From positions 14,011,070 to 14,074,299 of the forward strand of contig NC_069000.1 in assembly GCF_001194135.2 (NCBI RefSeq): a DNA stretch of 63,230 bases, read 5' to 3'. Shown in pieces: positions 51,080 through 63,230 of this stretch; within the stretch, counting starts at the first letter, position 1; each line of letters opens with the position of its first letter. The notes below the pieces were generated by a model that made no database searches, was not told where the DNA came from, and saw only the letters and a list, made by a program, of their open reading frames with translations. Position numbers and translations under genes: made by a program. This stretch comes from Octopus bimaculoides (taxonomy: Eukaryota).

Positions 51080-51335
51080 TGGAGATGTACTTGCATAGCA
51101 AGTGACCTGATCTGAGATCATGGGCTGGAACGAAAACAATTGCAGCGTGGAAGGTGTTTATAAGCCATTTAAGAAACACACAAAAACTGTTAGATTCACT
51201 TCAACATTTGAATTTAATTTGTCAAAATATTTTCGTTGCTTTGAGACCACGACCTGTTCACTGACCACAGAATTTTGTCAGTGGACAGGTCGCGGTCTCA
51301 AAGTGACAAAAATATTTTGACAAATTAAATTTAAA
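51080..51335. mobile_element. Repeat with an internal fold-back; inverted partner at 52768-52955 (Penelope-terminal-like)
   Basis: 51088-51266 is the reverse complement of 52768-52950; 51210-51266 also pairs with 51275-51333. Confidence 0.75.
51221..51265 (-). ncRNA. Candidate minimal hammerhead ribozyme, G3-C8 variant
   Basis: Minus strand: GUCA GUGAACA G GUCGU-ggucucaaa-GCAAC GAA AAUAUU U UGAC; stem I GUCA/UGAC, palindromic stem III. Confidence 0.45.
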
Positions 51336-53548
51336 TAAAAAATTATGTTTTATTTTTAATTACTAAAATCTTGCATTGAGTTACTGCTAACTGGACTGCT
51401 GATCATTTTTGGCTGGTTATAATAAAGATCAGGAATTCTCAATGTGGGCATATGCCCCACCAATGGGGCCTGGGAAAATTGTAGTGGGGCGTGGGGTCCA
51501 AAACTTCTTTTTTTTTTACATCAAACATAACTGGCACTCTGTCGGTTATGATGACAAGGGTTCCAGTTGATCTGATCAACGGAACAGCCTGCTCATGAAA
51601 TTAACATGCAAGTGGCTGAGCGTTCCTCTCCTCAGACACGTGTACCCTTAACATAGTTCTCAGGGAGATTCATCACAACACAGAATGTGATAGGTTGGTC
51701 CTTTGAACTACAGATACAACTCATTTTTGTCAGCTGAGTAGACTGGAGCAACATGAAATGAAGTGTCTTGCTCAAGGACACAATGCATTGCTGGGAAGTG
51801 AACTCATGATCTTATGATTGGGAGCTGAATACCCCTAGCTACTAAACCATATGCCTTCACCAAACGTACTGCACTTATACTTTTTTTTTCCAACTACCAA
51901 TGGGGCATAGATTTTTCTGGAAACTTATTGTGGGGGCCTAAGGGAAAATAGGCTGGGAAACAGTGGTATAGATAAAGCCAAATTTTCTGTAAGATTCCTC
52001 GTGACCCCCTGCTAAAGATATGTGTGGGCACCAAAAAAAATGATTGGTGCAAAGGAGGATATCATATGTGTGTCACAATTAAGAGATTAAACGAATCTAA
52101 CAGAGATAAAATAGTTTATTGCAATAGTGGTTGGCATTAGGAAAGGGTATCCAGCCGTAGAAACCTAGCCAAATCAGATTGGAACCTAGTGTGGCCCCAC
52201 CAGCTTACCAGTTTTCAGTCAAACCATCCAACCCATGTCAGCATGGAAAGCAGATGTTAAATAATGATGATAATGATGGTCGTGATGAGATAGTTTAAAG
52301 AATCATTGCAGAAAATTTAACAGTAAGTAGGATATAATGAACAACACAATGCCTTGGCGAATCATTAAGCAGAGACTATTTTTAGGGATTATTCAATATC
52401 CTGTGTGACAAAGCAATGATTGTTACATTCATTGTCATTAAAACTATCCTCCATATAATTAATTATGCACATTATTTATAGTACATAATTGCAACTATGC
52501 AATAAAATTTTGAATTCATTCAATGATACTGGTTAAATGCTTTCTTTCTAATAACAGAAAGAAATTATTTTAGATTAAAACTATAACATTCTTAGCTGCT
52601 TAAGTATGATATTTCTTTATGGAAATTGACAAATGGATGCGTATGTAGTTAGTTTTACAAGATGTCACACTGTTGAATGAACCTGGAACACTGTGGTTGG
52701 AAGCAAGCTTCTTACCACACAACCACGCCTGTGCACCTATATATATATAGGTGATGCAGCACGGAACTTTGTCAGTGAACAGGTCGTGGTCTCAAAGCAA
52801 CAAAAATATTTTGGCAAATTAAATTTAAATGTTGAAGTGAATCTAACGGTTTTTGTGTGTTTCTAAATGGCTTATAAACACCTTCCACGCTGCAATTGTT
52901 TTTGTTCTAGCATACAATCTCAGATCAGGTTACTTGCTGTGTAAGTACATCTCTGTACTTACATATATATGTATGTATATTTTTTCAATGTGTACAAATA
53001 ACAAGGAAAAAAATAAATAAATAGTTACCAGGGTGGCAAAAATTCACATAAGTGCCAAGGATGTCACAACCTGCTTATAAAGGTAGGAATTCCAGGGTTA
53101 AGTGAAATGCTTTTGTATAACATGAATAAATTAAGAAATGGAGTCAAACACAGGTTTTATTGAAATCATTTGAATAACACCTGCGTTTGACTCTGTAACT
53201 TCAGATTGATCAGATTGGTTGATACCTTGTGAGTGAATTTGGCCGATGGTAACTGTAAAAACCCATTGAATGTGTTTGTGTGCGTGTGTGCATGCATCTT
53301 TCTATTTCTGTTTGTCCCCCAGTACCACCAGCACCACTTGACAACCAACGTTTGATTACATCCCCATAACTTAGTGATTGATAGAATAAGTACCAGACTT
53401 TACTTTAAAAATAAGTACTGGAATTGATTTGTACGTCTAAACCTTTCAAGAGGGTGCCCCAGCATGGCCACAGTCCAGTGACTGAAGCAAGGAAAACATA
53501 AAGACAAAAGACATCGTATAACAATAATTAACAATATTTTAACTTTAC

Positions 53549-53706
53549 CTTAGCAATATTAGCTTCGGTGAGATCATTACAGGTGTTGACTTTTATGAAT
53601 AGTAAACCTGTTCCTCTCAAACACAATTCTTTACCATCAGTGACAAATATTTTGGCCTTTGTTGGACGATTCACTCGATTCAGTGGAACTCCAAGACGAA
53701 GATTAT
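53549..53706 (-). CDS. DNAH5: Dynein HC exon, 158 nt: NLRLGVP...KAKIFVTDGKELCLRGTGLLFIKVN...EANIAK
   Basis: Acceptor cacatcag, donor GTAAAG, phase 1-0; similar to KPKVFVTEG..LTG...FFIR. Confidence 0.88.
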
Positions 53707-56647
53707 CTGATGTGATGAAATTAAAACTTAATTGTAACAACCATGTGTGTGTATATAAACAGACTTACATTTGTTTTGTTGTTTTTTTTAGCAGTGTATC
53801 ATACAATACAGACAAGAAGGTGATATTTTGAATGTAGTATCACCATTAAAACAACAGAAAAACTGGGTATTTTCACCCTTGCAAGGTGAAAAAGTTGTCG
53901 ACTATGGCTGTTTGTTGACAATTTTTTTCTATCTTGTGAAGGTAATAATACCCAATTTTTCTGTTGTTTTAACAGCAATACTCCATTCAAAATATCATCT
54001 TAAAATGCATAAAATTTGCACCTCTTTATTTCTCGAATTCATCAAACAGTAGTGTAGCCAGTGGGATTAGGGGCAATCCACCCCAGGTTGTGCTTTTATG
54101 AGGGTGGCACTTTTGGATCTACTGTATAAGCCTGTATCTACTTATACTTGGGATGCGGGGTTCAATCTCATGATCTACCCCACCCCCAAGTGGCACATAC
54201 TCTAGATAGGCCACTGTCATCAAACCCAAAATATTGCTAATAATTATATTAGCCTCAAATATATCAACTTCAAAGGTTAATTGTCTGGAAACTAATGCTG
54301 TCAATGTCTTGTTTCATTATTAATGTCTTCATAGGCTCAGGAACAGGAGGTGCAGAGAGTGCATGTATGCCCACTAAAATTTTTGGCAGGCAATAAAAAT
54401 GCTTTGAACATCCTCCTAGAAACATTTTTTGACTGATCTGAAACACGATTTAAAAACAGTGTGTATGGGACGGCGCTATTAAGACAGCAAGCTGGCAGAA
54501 ACATTAGCACACCGGGTGGAATGTTACTGATTCGGCAGAAGCAACCAATAGAATAAGCACCAGGCTTACAAAGAATAAGTCAAGGGTTCATTTCTTTGAC
54601 TAAAAGGCAGTGCTCCTGCATGGCCACAGTTAAATGGGTGAAACAAGTAAAAAAGTAAAAGAATCCCTAAATGAATGCAAATGCCCTAGTGATTAAGGTA
54701 CTATGCTCACAATCATTTTAGATTGAGGGTTTGAAAATCAGACCTGGTGATGCATTGTGCCTCTGTATAATACACTTTGCTTTGCATGCCTCCAGCACAA
54801 CCTGATGAATATGTAAACACTACAGAGCACTGATGTTTGATTTAAGTTCAAATCTTGCATTCTATCCTAAACATCTTGAAAACTTGGGAAGGCTCCTGTG
54901 TCATGAAGCAGACTTTACTTAAATTTTTCATCATTCTAGTTATTTCCAAATTTCAGCCCATAGAAAATAACCATTATTAACACCACTTCAGCCAGCACTT
55001 AATTCTCTATCCCATATTAAACAAAAGTTGGAACAGAAGAAATGGATATGTCATTACAGAATAAACAATTTATGTAACATAAATTATAGTGAAGAGTTTG
55101 GGATGAGAACTTAGAAGAATCTTAAGTGATTCTTTCACAGTAAAAAAAAAAAAAAAAAACTATTACGCAACTTGAAAATAAATAAAATTTTTACATCCAC
55201 TTTTCTGACATCTGAGATGAACGTGACGATGTGAAATATCTTTATCTTTTGTTAGATCAGTCCTGTCTCCAATAAATGTTTTCATCACATAGCCATCTCA
55301 TAAAACTAATACCATCTACTTTCCTACACATGCACTTACACACACAGCGAGCTGGCAGAAACGTTAGCACGCCGGGCGAAATGCTTAGCGATATTTCGTC
55401 TGCCGCTACGTTCTGAGTTCAAATTCCGCCCAGGTCGACTTTGCCTTTCATCCTTTCGGGGTCGATTAAATAAGTACCAGTTACGCACTGGGGTCGATAT
55501 AATCAACTTAATCCGTTTGTCTGTCTTTGTTTGTCCCCTCTGTGTGTAGCCCCTTGTGGGTAGTAAAGAAATAACACACACACACACATACTTGCACACA
55601 TGCACACACACACACACACATGCATGCACACACACACACACACACATGCATGCATACACACACACATGCACACATTAGCACTCTCTTTAGATTCAGCAAT
55701 TGCAGCAGTCAGTTAAATATATTCTGTTCTTTCACAGCAAACTTCGTTTTGGATTAGACTGAAGAAACATACATTGAAGATTTTACATCAGCTCTCATGG
55801 TCGACGTGACTTCCACATCCACAGCTCAGACAACGCTTTATTTAGAGTGTCCAGATCTCTTCAAACTGTAAAAACAGCCAATGAAGGATAGAGAAGGTCC
55901 TGTCCTTCAGCTTGTTGTTTACAGTTGTTTATTTGCTTGTATAGCAATACTTCAACAGTAAAACACTGTAGTCATTTTAATTTTTTTACAAACAAGGGGT
56001 TAAACATGTCATACAGTGTAAAGTTATCCCCAAAACCATGAATGCTTTTATCAAAGTTAATATAAGCCACAGCTCTTCGTGGTTCTTGCACTCCTCTCAC
56101 TCTGTCATTGTTGCCACAGAACTGAATCCTTCACCAATATGAAATATTAGGAGCAATCATATCCCTTATCAAAACACAAAAACCCTAAATATTTTTGAGC
56201 TCCTTTTTTTACTTCCTAATCCAGCCTTTACCAAACTACCACTGCTCCAGTAGCTGATGAATAATTGGACCATTGCCTCATCAAGGTGACACACCACACA
56301 CATACAGGGTGCAACACCCATCAATTCTTGAATTTTACGGTTAGCTAACTAGTCAGAGCTCCTGTCTTTTTAACCTATCTTTAACTGAAAATATCTTTAA
56401 CTTATAATCCATTCTAAAAAAGACATACAGGTGTCTGAAACCATCTTCTGAGGTATGTCCCTTCACATTCCTCTCACAACCAACACTAATAACCCTGGGT
56501 ACCCAAGTAATTTGCATGCAACTAACCTATGAAGAACATATCCTATAATGCCTAGAAAAAATTTCCCACCTCTACAAACAGAATGGCTTTCACCCACTTC
56601 TGCAACTTCTATGAAGCCATTATCCAAAGAGTAAACAAAGGCTATAC

Positions 56648-56735
56648 CTGTGGTTTTCTCTACAGTTGGTTCCTGGTAATAGAATATGAGTTGCCTTGCG
56701 CCATTTGCTTCTAAGAATCTGTGGATGATTTCAAT
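56648..56735 (-). CDS. DNAH5: Dynein HC exon, 88 nt: IEIIHRFLEANGARQLIFYYQEPTVEKTT
   Basis: Acceptor aatttcag, donor GTATAG, phase 0-1; the L.FYYQ motif is as in DNAH5. Confidence 0.9.
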
Positions 56736-57195
56736 CTGAAATTAAAAGCCTTTTACAATTATAAAGTAACAAAATATGACCCAATATATTTTTACACAAA
56801 AATTTGATTCCTATGACACAAGTTGCAAGCAATGTATTTTACGATTGAGGGAGAGAAACAACACCATGTGGAATTCCTAGTTTTTCTCAGAGAGCAATAA
56901 TGCCATAAATGAAATGAACTTGCCTTAACAGGAAATTGGGACCATTTTGTACCTTTGATTCAGCAAAGCTTACCACTTGTTTTAACTCACCACTAACACT
57001 AAAGTTAATAGTATTATTTTCTTTGGGTCAGTAGAGGTCAAATGTGTTTACTACAACTAGAGATCAATGAGAGCACTGACCTTGGCCTTGAAAAAGAAGC
57101 AATTCACCTTGTTCGATTTTTTAATTACTGATAGAAAAAAATAATAATACATGTACATATACATACATACATGCATGCATACATACATATACATA

Positions 57196-57229
<34 letters not shown>

Positions 57230-57827
57230 NNNNNNNNNNNNNNNNNNNNNNNNNNNNNNNNNNNNNNNNNNNNNNNNNNNNNNNNNNNNNNNNNNNNNNN
57301 NNNNNNNNNNNNNNNNNNNNNNNNNNNNNNNNNNNNNNNNNNNNNNNNNNNNNNNNNNNNNNNNNNNNNNNNNNNNNNNNNNNNNNNNNNNNNNNNNNNN
57401 NNNNNNNNNNNNNNNNNNNNNNNNNNNNNNNNNNNNNNNNNNNNNNNNNNNNNNNNNNNNNNNNNNNNNNNNNNNNNNNNNNNNNNNNNNNNNNNNNNNN
57501 NNNNNNNNNNNNNNNNNNNNNNNNNNNNNNNNNNNNNNNNNNNNNNNNNNNNNNNNNNNNNNNNNNNNNNNNNNNNNNNNNNNNNNNNNNNNNNNNNNNN
57601 NNNNNNNNNNNNNNNNNNNNNNNNNNNNNNNNNNNNNNNNNNNNNNNNNNNNNNNNNNNNNNNNNNNNNNNNNNNNNNNNNNNNNNNNNNNNNNNNNNNN
57701 NNNNNNNNNNNNNNNNNNNNNNNNNNNNNNNNNNNNNNNNNNNNNNNNNNNNNNNNNNNNNNNNNNNNNNNNNNNNNNNNNNNNNNNNNNNNNNNNNNNN
57801 NNNNNNNNNNNNNNNNNNNNNNNNNNC

Positions 57828-58160
57828 GATCAACGGAACAGCCTGCTCATGAAATTAACGTGCAAGTGGCTGAGCACTCCACAGACACGTGTACCCTTAA
57901 CGTAGTTCTCAGGGATATTCAGCGTGACACAGTGTGACAAGGCTGACCCTTTGAAATACAGGTACAACAGAAACAGGAAGAAAGAGTGAGAGAAAGTTGT
58001 GGTGAAAGAGTACAGCAGGGTTCGCCACCATCCCCTGCCAGAGCCTCGTGGAGCTTTAGGTGATTTCGCTCAATAAACACTCACAATGCCTGGTCTGGGA
58101 ATCGAAACCGCGACCCTATGACCGCGAGTCCACTGCCCTAACCACTGGGCCATTGCGCCA
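57828..58160 (-). mobile_element. tRNA-derived SINE, family D
   Basis: Head GGCGCAATGGCCCAGTGGTTAGGGCAGTGGAC...GGTTTCGATTCCC with A and B boxes and no tRNA 3' acceptor stem. Related bodies at 46366-46683(-), 51531-51860(-), 18765-19085(-) and 33205-33460(+). Confidence 0.8.
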
Positions 58161-61100
58161 TTGTGGTGGGGGAGTACATAAAAGATAAATGGAAAGAAAA
58201 AGACAAGACAGTGAAATGGGATCACATGAATGATACAGTCCTCCTGATACAGCAGAACCTCCAACTTGGGCCATCAAGGGAACCTCACATATCCTGGATT
58301 ACCCTGACCACCAAACACATGAGCCCACACCCAATTGTTGGTTTCCAATCTACAGGTATATGCTTGATAATAATTATATGGATCTATGTCAGTTTCGGCA
58401 ATGAGTTACTTGCTCATTCCATTCAATTAACTTGTAAGTAGCTGAGTATTCAACAGACACATGTACCCTTAATCTTTGAATTACAGGTACAATCAAACTA
58501 ATGGGCTTCCTTCCATAGTTTGCATCCACCCACTTTCATTTCAGTCATAAAACGTAGGAATAACTGAGATTATAGTAAAAGACAATTACTGAACAAGTCA
58601 CATAGTGGAATTGAACCCAAGACTTTGTGATAGCAAAGTGAACTTAATAGTTCTGCCATACAGTCTCTAACGATTTAATGTGTATGTATGAATGTATGAA
58701 ATATCATTAGCAACAATAAACACCATTAGCAACAATAAACACCTGGGGTGCTTTTCTGTTAAATCTTTGTTGCAAGAATATAGGCCAAGTTCTCCTGTTA
58801 ACAATAACTCCATTCTTCCACCACCACCACCACCACCACCACCACCACCACCTCTTTCANNNNNNNNNNNNNNNNNNNNNNNNNNNNNNNNNNNNNNNNN
58901 NNNNNNNNNNNNNNNNNNNNNNNNNNNNNNNNNNNNNNNNNNNNNNNNNNNNNNNNNNNNNNNNNNNNNNNNNNNNNNNNNNNNNNNNNNNNNNNNNNNN
59001 NNNNNNNNNNNNNNNNNNNNNNNNNNNNNNNNNNNNNNNNNNNNNNNNNNNNNNNNNNNNNNNNNNNNNNNNNNNNNNNNNNNNNNNNNNNNNNNNNNNN
59101 NNNNNNNNNNNNNNNNNNNNNNNNNNNNNNNNNNNNNNNNNNNNNNNNNNNNNNNNNNNNNNNNNNNNNNNNNNNNNNNNNNNNNNNNNNNNNNNNNNNN
59201 NNNNNNNNNNNNNNNNNNNNNNNNNNNNNNNNNNNNNNNNNNNNNNNNNNNNNNNNNNNNNNNNNNNNNNNNNNNNNNNNNNNNNNNNNNNNNNNNNNNN
59301 NNNNNNNNNNNNNNNNNNNNNNNNNNNNNNNNNNNNNNNNNNNNNNNNNNNNNNNNNNNNNNNNNNNNNNNNNNNNNNNNNNNNNNNNNNNNNNNNNNNN
59401 NNNNNNNNNNNNNNNNNNNNNNNNNNNNNNNNNNNNNNNNNNNNNNNNNNNNNNNNNNNNNNNNNNNNNNNNNNNNNNNNNNNNNNNNNNNNNNNNNNNN
59501 NATATATAAAGATATTAATACGATGCATAGAGAGATACTACTGACAATCCAATAATTTATTTATATTATAATATTACCTGATATTCTATGAATATAATAT
59601 AACATAACATAATTAATTTTTACAATCCAGCCGTCCTTTCACACAGAACTTTGTCTATTTTGAAACCATGACTCTCAGGTGACTTTATATATCTTTATAT
59701 ATAAGGGAACTATTATTATATATGTATATCAGAGAAAAATATATAAAAGTCGAAACAATTAGTTGGCCTTCTATAGTTCTAATAATTGTTTATGTTATAT
59801 AATATTATGTTACATTATATTATATTATATTCATATGAAATATTATAATATAAATGAATTATTGGATTGTCAATAGTATCTCTCTATTTAATTTATCTTT
59901 ATAATTGGATTATACCAATATTTATTTGGTATTCAACTGACATACCAGTGTATGATTCTAAAACATAAAAAAAAAATGACTGATGTCTTAGGGTTTAAGG
60001 AAGGGCAGGGTGACATAAAGAAAAATAAGATTTCACTATTGGTTTTAAATCATATGTTTTATGTTTGAAAATAAAGGAAGTGGGGATTGTAATGTTGATT
60101 GCCAAGTTCAAAAACATTTTTTTTTTAAGCTTCAAGGCTTCCCCCCATCAATTTTAAGTATGTAGTACAAAAGCATATTGGCCAGAATCAATACTGAGTG
60201 GCAGAAGAGGTGTTGGAAAAATTCTTAAATTTTCTTTTCTTTTCTTTTTCTTTTCATCGTATTTATTTTGTACCGAAAATGCATCTCTCGTTGTTTCTAA
60301 GTGTGTAAAGCAAAACAAAATTGGACAAAACAGGTCCTGAAATGGAGATACATGGTTATCCAACCTGAGGAAAGAGCAGGAGAAGAAGAAAGAGAGAGAG
60401 AGAGTGGGAGGCAACAGGATAGAGATGGTGGGAAAACTGCCGGCTTACTCACAGGGGACAAGGATCAGAATATAAATGGGATGGCTGAGTAAAAGAAGAG
60501 AGAGATATAGATAGTGGCAAGTACCAGGGCATACCCTTGAGGTCCAAATGTCATAATATAAGTGGCAGGATATTGGGAAAGAAGTATGATTAGAGGGTGT
60601 GGGGGAGGAGGAGTGGGAAGTGGATGGTGCAATCTTGTAAATTACAAATACAATATGATCTATCAATATGAAACATTCTATACATATAAACACACACACA
60701 CACACACACATACACACACATACACAAGTATAAAATGTGAATTCATTGTAAGGAGGTCAAATGGTTAAATAAATATATTCATCATTCATACCCCCTGACA
60801 TTTTGTGCTTTGTGTGTGTGTGTGTGGGGGGGATTTATATATATATATATATATATATACTCTTTTACTCTTACTTGTTTTAGTCATTTAACTGCGGCCA
60901 NNNNNNNNNNNNNNNNNNNNNNNNNNNNNNNNNNNNNNNNNNNNNNNNNNNNNNNNNNNNNNNNNNNNNNNNNNNNNNNNNNNNNNNNNNNNNNNNNNNN
61001 NNNNNNNNNNNNNNNNNNNNNNNNNNNNNNNNNNNNNNNNNNNNNNNNNNNNNNNNNNNNNNNNNNNNNNNNNNNNNNNNNNNNNNNNNNNNNNNNNNNN

Positions 61101-61989
61101 NNNNNNNNNNNNNNNNNNNNNNNNNNNNNNNNNNNNNNNNNNNNNNNNNNNNNNNNNNNNNNNNNNNNNNNNNNNNNNNNNNNNNNNNNNNNNNNNNNNN
61201 NNNNNNNNNNNNNNNNNNNNNNNNNNNNNNNNNNNNNNNNNNNNNNNNNNNNNNNNNNNNNNNNNNNNNNNNNNNNNNNNNNNNNNNNNNNNNNNNNNNN
61301 NNNNNNNNNNNNNNNNNNNNTATATATATATATATATGTATGTATGTATGTATGTGTTTGTATGTATATTAGGAACAGTGGATCTCGAAGCACATACAAC
61401 TTTAAATGATAGCATGTAAATATTGGGTTGAAAAGCCCTTTTGGATTAAAAAAAGTTGAAGGCTGCCCTCGATATTTTTTTATCCTAAGGGTTGCTCAAT
61501 CTAATATTTTTACCTGCTGTTATTTATAGCTTTAAAGGCAGCAAGGTAGCAGAATCGTTAGCATGCTGGGCAAAATACTTGGTGGCATTTCGTCCATCTT
61601 TACGTTTTGAGTTCAAATTCTGTTGAGGCACATTGCCTCTCATCCTTTCGTGGACAATGAAATAAACACCAGTCAAATGCCGGGGTCGTTTAACCTACAA
61701 GCTCACTCCCCCAAATTTTCAGACTTAGTGCCTATAGAGTAGAAAGGATATAGCTTTATGTGCTTCGAGATTCAATGTTCCTTGAAATAATTGTTCCACA
61801 TTCCCCCAAAAGTTTCTAAATTCTTATGACATCAACAATATATTTATTTAATTATTAAAATAAACATATACATATATAGATACATATACATACACACGTA
61901 AGATACAATACTTGCTTCATATCACTGTGTTGAACATATCAAGGTTTAAGTATGTAAATGGTTAAAACTTTATTCAATAGCATATCTAC

Positions 61990-62124
61990 CTGTGTTCCTT
62001 CAAGGATACTTTCCTCGACATCTAATTTGTCCAGTTGAAGACAATCTGCGACTGTTTGTAAAATATACCAATGACGGTCGTCCAGTTGTTTTCGTTTGCT
62101 TTCTCGCTCTTCTTTCAACTTTTG
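61990..62124 (-). CDS. DNAH5: Dynein HC exon, 135 nt: QKLKEERESKRKQLDDRHWYILQTVADCLQLDKLDVEESILEGTQ
   Basis: Acceptor ttattgtag, donor GTAGAT, phase 0-0; resembles the DNAH5 N-terminus (..AKRALLDARH..ILEGNQ). Confidence 0.92.
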
Positions 62125-62963
62125 CTACAATAAAAAAGAAAAAAGAAAAATAAATATTTTGATTCTGTTACGATATAAAAAATATTGTTTCTTGAATAAA
62201 AAAAAATGTTACATGTTATACAGAGTGTTCATAAATTACCTTTACAATAGGAAAAATTCAGGAAAAGGAAAACGAAAAGTAAGGCTAACTCAGCAAAGGT
62301 CACTGAAGGTTATTAAGTTTTATTCGAAACATCAGAACACTGTTACTTGGGCTCCATTAGTCGCATTCAACACAGCAATCGGTGAATAATTATTATAGGA
62401 AACACTATCTAGTATTTGGTCATACACCAAGATACCTTCAGGAAAAACCTCATATCCATCTTTAGCAGTTTATAATGAACCCATTGCCCAACTAGTGCTT
62501 ATTTTATCAACCCCGAAAGGATGAAAGGCAAAGTTGACCTTAACAGAATTTGAACTCAGAATGTAAATACCGAGAAGAAATATCTCTAAATATTTTATCT
62601 GGTTTGGTAATGATTCTACTGCCCTGCCACTCTGCTATAGGCGCAAGGCCTGAAATTTTAGGGGAGTGGGGCTGGTCGATTACATCAACCCCAGTACTCA
62701 ACTGGTACGAATTTCCTCAAAGATGAAGAGCAAAGTCGACCTCGGCAGGATTTGAACTCAGAACGTAAAGATGGACAAAATAGCACTAAGCATTTTGTCT
62801 GGTGTGCTACCGATTCTGCCAGCTCACCATCTTGTCTGAAATAACGATTCTAACGGTTTGGAAGAATTAGATGACAGTTGTCCGGTAATTTTCTTTCATG
62901 TAAATAAATGTCTATGTTAATTAAAAAAATTTGCCAGTAAAATCTCATAAAATGACAATGTTA

Positions 62964-63175
62964 AGGCGGTGAGCTGGCAGAAACGTTAGCACACCAGGCG
63001 AAATGCTTAGCGGTATTTCGTCTGTCTTTACATTCTGAGTTCAAATTCCGCCGAGGTCGACTTTGTCTTTCATCTTTTCGGGGTCGATAAATTAAGTACC
63101 AGTTATGCACTGGGGTCGATCTAATCGACTGCCCCCCCCTCTCCAAAAATTTCGGACCTTTTGCCGAGAGTAAAA
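62964..63175 (+). mobile_element. SINE family B (GGCGGTGAGCTGGCAGAAACGTTAGC...GAGTTCAAATTCC)
   Basis: A-box/B-box-like head. Copies at about 229-420, 3428-3600, 12346-12570, 21880-22105, 30880-31090, 55347-55570, 61545-61745 and 62640-62830(-). Confidence 0.85.
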
Positions 63176-63230
63176 AAAGAAAATAAATAAAATGACAATG
63201 TTCTAAAAGTTGTACATGTTTATATATTAT

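Larger units (their letters stand above)
4410..62124 (-). other. DNAH5: Partial gene body of an axonemal outer-arm dynein heavy chain (DNAH5/DNAH8-like): 24 traced coding exons, 4907 nt, DHC_N1 tail and DHC_N2 linker; both ends extend beyond the window
   Basis: The spliced translation matches recalled DNAH5 motifs ([70 protein letters not shown]). All introns are GT-AG and cumulative phases are consistent. Many exon sizes equal recalled human DNAH5 sizes (135, 177, 114, 108, 207, 202, 236, 219, 241, 200, 154, 164). Confidence 0.95.

Noticed and set aside
55760-55870. Exon-like segment with an AG boundary
   Set aside because: The minus-strand frame hits a stop after six codons, and the true 88-nt exon is at 56648-56735.
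58090-58160. tRNA gene
   Set aside because: It has A and B boxes but no complete acceptor stem and runs into a repeated SINE body.
19922-61415. Long ORFs made of X and YIYI/THTH runs
   Set aside because: Artefacts of N gaps and (TA)n/(CA)n microsatellites.
62347-62469. Possible dynein exon 1 (open frame ending ...NATNGAQ|GTAACA, phase 0)
   Set aside because: No in-frame ATG after the stop at 62470-62472, no convincing acceptor and no dynein similarity; exon 1 is probably beyond 63230.

Overview
Eukaryotic genomic DNA that is AT-rich and microsatellite-dense, with many N gaps. The repeat landscape looks cephalopod, most likely Octopus; this is inference from the SINE/RTE repeat style, not a database match. 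The window lies inside one large minus-strand gene, an axonemal outer-arm dynein heavy chain of the DNAH5/DNAH8 (gamma) type. I traced 24 GT-AG coding exons from 62124 down to 4410. They total 4907 nt (about 1,635 codons) with consistent phases and cover the N-terminal tail (DHC_N1) and linker (DHC_N2). Exon 1 and the whole motor domain lie outside the window, and one expected symmetric exon is missing, possibly hidden in gap 29351-30234. The introns hold about four SINE families, RTE LINE fragments, Penelope-like remnants, mariner, hAT and piggyBac-type relics, a solo LTR inserted in an inverting 68-bp satellite, and several long hairpins. The most interesting signal is a set of minimal hammerhead-ribozyme-like motifs from three unrelated repeat families. 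They use all three Watson-Crick variants of the core 3-8 pair (C3-G8, U3-A8, G3-C8), and each family has a copy on the dynein pre-mRNA strand. Other candidates are a restorative A-to-I editing site (AGA to GGA in YT[R/G]GEELFG) and a 408-nt stop-free circRNA flanked by inverted SINEs. Comparisons with human DNAH5 sequence and exon sizes are from memory and should be verified. Repeat coordinates are approximate.
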